A stretch of DNA of 54,482 nt, taken from contig NC_068982.1 of the NCBI RefSeq assembly GCF_001194135.2, forward strand, positions 9,857,998 through 9,912,479, in the 5' to 3' direction. Made by a program: the position numbers and the translations under genes. The notes beneath the pieces are model-generated. The model was not told where the DNA came from and made no database searches. It saw only the letters and a list, made by a program, of their open reading frames with translations. Source of the DNA: Octopus bimaculoides. Its lineage: Eukaryota. Shown in pieces: positions 50,482-54,482 of the stretch. The stretch's first letter is position 1. Each line of letters begins with the position of its first letter.

Positions 50482-51277
50482 TCCCACCCATGCCAGCATG
50501 GAAGGCGAATATTAAATGATGATGATGATGTGTATGTATTGTGTGTGTGTGTGTCTGTGTATGTCCAGCACAGATTTTGTCTTATCCAGTGCCTTCTATT
50601 GACAATTTCTGTTACAGCTTTATGTGTCATCATATATATATCAGTCAGTATGTGCGTGTGTGGGTGGCTATAGTTGAAGCTAAGAAATGTAAGCTATTTT
50701 TGTTAATTGCTTTAAATAATAAGATTACTGTGTCCAACACAACAACTATATCAGTGGCATTACTAACAGCAACAACCAACCCTCTGTTGTACAAATCTCA
50801 TTACTTGTATTATAGAAATCAATAATGATATTAAATATGAAAAACAATAAGTCTGATATTTAAGTAGGAACCATATCTTTTGTTTGTTTGTTTGTTTTTT
50901 TCTTTTCAAAGCCATACAGAAAGATAAATATAATAAATTAATGTTTTAAATATTAGAGAAAATAATAACAAAATATATATAATTTAGAATGAAAAACAAT
51001 ATAAATGTGTTGAAATTCTATAGAATGTTATTCTTGACTGAATATTCTGTTACAAAATAACATAAATAACAGTTTGAATGACAAAACAAACCTTATCAAA
51101 TATCAGAAGCTGTAAGACTGAAAAGGTCTTCACACAGCCAAGATGATGGGGCAACAAATAAAATAGCCAGATGAGAGTGAGTAACGGTGATAGTATGTAG
51201 ATTTTTATTGGTGCTGCACTGTGTTCAAGTCCAGGAGACTTTGTGTTCACTTACTTCTAGGATGAAATTATTACTGT

Positions 51278-51319
51278 CACCCGATGAAGGCTGGAGGGTA
51301 TATCAGCCGAAATGTTGTG
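51278..51319 (+). ncRNA. Minimal hammerhead-like motif (two substitutions)
   Basis: cac-CcGATGA-a-ggctg(gagggtatat)cagcc-GAAAt-GTT-gtg. Stem I is cac/gtg, stem II is 5 bp, and stem III derives from the palindrome ACGT. Confidence 0.6.
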
Positions 51320-51555
51320 TTAACAACAAACAAGATGAGGACAAATATCCATCAAATGTAAATGATGTAAATAATATAAAAGACATCCTCCCATAATTAT
51401 AAAATAAATAAAGTAATCACTATTCTTTGCTTGGCTCCCAACTGATTAGGATAAGATAAAAATCATACAAAAGAATACCTTCTAAAAACCAGTCATGATT
51501 TAAAATTTTAAACATGCATGAAAGTCAGTGTTTGTGTGTGGCAAGAGTGAATTTG

Positions 51556-51695
51556 TGTATTCATCTGTGAGGAGGGGCCTATGAATGTGTATGTGTAAAC
51601 GTGTGTGTTAATCTGTGAGGAGGGCTGTATGAATGTGTATGTATAAATGTGTGTGTTCATCTGTGAGGTGGGGTGTATGAATGTGTATGTTTAAG
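51556..51695 (+). repeat. 48-bp minisatellite, ~3 copies
   Basis: atctgtgaggagggg...tatgaatgtgtatgt repeated at 51563, 51611 and 51659. Confidence 0.85.
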
Positions 51696-52134
51696 CATGT
51701 GGTCATAAATTATATTTATGAAAATTGCATTCAGTTGAGTTGACAGCTGGAGAATGAAAGAGTATGTGTCTCCTCACCAGTGCATGACTGTACTAATGAC
51801 CAATGCACTTAAATGACCCTGGTCCAGCCTATGGCCCAACTATAAATAACCATCATTGGACAGTTTAGTTTACAGCATAGAGAAAGTAGGAGGGGAAAAA
51901 AAACCAAGTACAGTATAATTAATTAGAGCTTTGTCTGTCTGCTTTGTTAATGGGAGTTTTGTTAGTTTCCAATGCTAGCAGATACATGAAATGTGAACCT
52001 GACCCATTATGTAACAGTAAAGTTTAATGTTAAAATCTGTGTGATTTTGGATGTAGTCGTTAAATGATTTTATTCCAGATGCTGTTATTTGCTAACAGAA
52101 TTTTCAGTTTAACCACAAGATTCTACGAAAATCG

Positions 52135-52325
52135 TCATCATATCATTATTCAATGTCTGTTTTCCTTGCTTGCATGGGTTGGACTGTTTGCTAGGAGCTG
52201 GCAAGCCAGAGTGCTGCCCCAGGCTCCAAGTGTCCATTTTGGCATGATTTCTACAGCTGGATGCCCTTCCTGACGCCAACCACTTTATAGAGTATACTGG
52301 ATGCTTTTTATGTGGCACCAGTGCA
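52135..52325 (-). mobile_element. Family B copy
   Basis: tttctacagctggatgcccttcctgacgccaaccact block. Confidence 0.75.
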
Positions 52326-52609
52326 TTTTCCTTGGCTGCATCAAAAGTGCTACTTACACGACACCAGAATAATAGATTATTGGTGTAAAATCACTTTTGG
52401 TCTTTGTTGTATGGGAAATCTGTACACCCCCGTGATTGGCTAAATGAACTATCCTAGTTAGTATAAATGAGCATGCGCAGAACAGTCTGGGAAGAGTGTC
52501 ATATGCACAGTCATAGTGTACAGGACGTAGGAATTATTGAATAGAGATAACGTGGAAGATACACAGTTGGAGAATAATAAGAGAACATTAGGAACAGACG
52601 ATATTCTTT

Positions 52610-52820
52610 TCTACTCTATGCACAAGGCTCAAAATTTTCAGGGAAGGGGCCAATCAATTAGATTGACCTTAGTAAGCAACTGGTACTTAATTTATCGACC
52701 CCGAAAGGATGAAAGGCAAAGTCGACCTCAGTGGAATTTGAACTCAGAACATAAAGACAGACGAAATACCACTAAGCATTTTGCTTGGCATGCTAATGTT
52801 TCTGCCACCCTTGCTGCCTT
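52610..52820 (-). mobile_element. SINE family C
   Basis: Same central block. Confidence 0.75.
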
Positions 52821-53125
52821 CAGGAATGTTTGATATTATAACAGTTCAGATATAACAGTGATGACAAGATGTCATACATCATATCAGTCTTATATATTTA
52901 TGTGTTTACATTGATATGCATTGCTCAGCATTATACAATACCATTGCATATTCACAAATCAATACAAGAAAGCTTGCTCATCAGATCGCCAAAACATCAT
53001 GGTTACTCCAATGGTTTACACAAACACACGCATACACATGGAGTAAGTCTAATGATGGAAGTTATGGTATTACATTTATTTTTTCCATTACAGTTGATTT
53101 AACAATATATGGTTCAGATATTTCA

Positions 53126-53161
<36 letters not shown>

Positions 53162-53419
53162 AAATAGCACAGCATCCTATCATGACTAAAAGTTCATCTC
53201 CTTCTTGCTCAGTGTTATGATACAAGTAGTCTGATACAGAAAGGGCTATATATATATATATATATATCATCATCATCGCTATATATAAATACTTGTATGT
53301 ATGTATTAGTATGGAGAAAGAATACAACCCTGATGAGCTCCTTTCCCATTTTTGAACAAGTAGGTGAAAGACAACAGCTCCTGAACATTGTGACAAAATA
53401 AAACTTTATGTATTATGGT

Positions 53420-53640
53420 TACATTCTTTTCTAATCTAGGCACAAGGCCCGAAATTTTGGGGGAGTGTGGCCAGTCAATTAGATCAACCCCAGTATGCAA
53501 TTGGTACTTAATTTATCGACTCCGAAAGGATGAAAGGTAAAGTCAACCTCTGCGGAATTTGAACTCAGAACATAAAGGCAGATGAAATACCTCTAAGCAT
53601 TTCACCCGGTGTGCTAATGTTTCTGGCAGCTGGCCGTCAT
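53420..53640 (-). mobile_element. SINE family C
   Basis: Same central block. Confidence 0.75.
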
Positions 53641-54132
53641 CTATTATGGTTATATTCAAAGAAGTAGGGGTTTGGCAAACATTATCATGGAAGGAAGAGT
53701 AGAGGGTAGCCGATCAAGAGGGAGGCAAAGAACACAATGGATGGACAATAGCACGAGCTGTTCAGTGTTTAGACAAAAGTGGAAAGGCAGCTGGAGAACT
53801 CACACTTGATAGGGAACACTTTCATTGTAGGGTCATCACTCTGCTGCAGGGGTACAATACATGACAATGTGTATTAGCAAATATAAGTGGTGTATATGTG
53901 TGTGTAGATGTGGATATGGTTCTTAAGTATTTTAGTTTGCAAGACTGCAGTGCTGGTGTGTCTTTCTTTACACAAGTAAATTAAATGAAATGTCAGCAAA
54001 TATTACAGTAGTTGAAGTGAATACCTACCATCTGAAAATTATCCTAAGAAGCTTATTGTGAGGATTATGGAAGATTAAGAAATGCACTCTTCTGTGTGTA
54101 TATGTGTGTGCAGGTGTATGTATACATATATA

Positions 54133-54184
<52 letters not shown>

Positions 54185-54369
54185 ATAATCAATCATTATT
54201 TAATGCCCATCTTCAATGCTAGCATGGGTTGGACAATTAGACAGAAACAAACAATTTGGAGGACTACACCATCCTCCAGTGTCTAACTTGACATGGTTTC
54301 TTTACTAGGATGCTCTTACTAATAACAACCAAACAAAGAGCATAAATCAAATACACATTCATATGCCTA

Positions 54370-54482
54370 TATTGGAAAATCTGCATAGCACCTTGGGCAA
54401 ATACCTTCTACTATAGCCTTGGGCTGACCAAAGCTTTGTGAGTGGATTTGGTAGACGGAAACTGAAAGAAGCTCGTCGTATA
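54370..54482 (+). mobile_element. SINE family A, 5' half (runs off the window)
   Basis: ccttgggcaaatacc...gtgagtggatttggtagacggaaactgaaagaagctcgtcgtata. Confidence 0.75.

Noticed and set aside
53326-53385. ccCTGATGAgctcc...taggtGAAAg as a hammerhead
   Set aside because: No convincing stem II or stem I can be formed.

Overview
AT-rich, microsatellite-rich eukaryotic genomic DNA with many N gaps, most likely from a coleoid cephalopod (Octopus-like). That assignment is inferred from the protein sequence and the SINE types. The only host coding sequence I can support is two minus-strand exons of complexin (synaphin), at 16070-16230 and 193-331. They are joined in frame across a ~15.7 kb intron, and neither the first coding exon nor the C-terminal exon(s) is visible. 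The rest appears to be intron or upstream sequence filled with repeats: several tRNA-derived SINE families, decayed mariner elements, TTAA-flanked piggyBac-like MITEs, R4/Dong-type LINE fragments next to (TAA)n tracts, a 30-bp satellite that begins at a DNA-transposon terminus, and long inverted repeats. The least obvious signal is eight minimal type-I hammerhead-ribozyme-like motifs of the Penelope/retrozyme type. They come from several sequence families, and all were found on the strand antisense to complexin. Repeat boundaries are read by eye and approximate, and family names are from recall, not database searches. Nearly all ORFs in the supplied track are artefacts of microsatellites, N runs or repeats.
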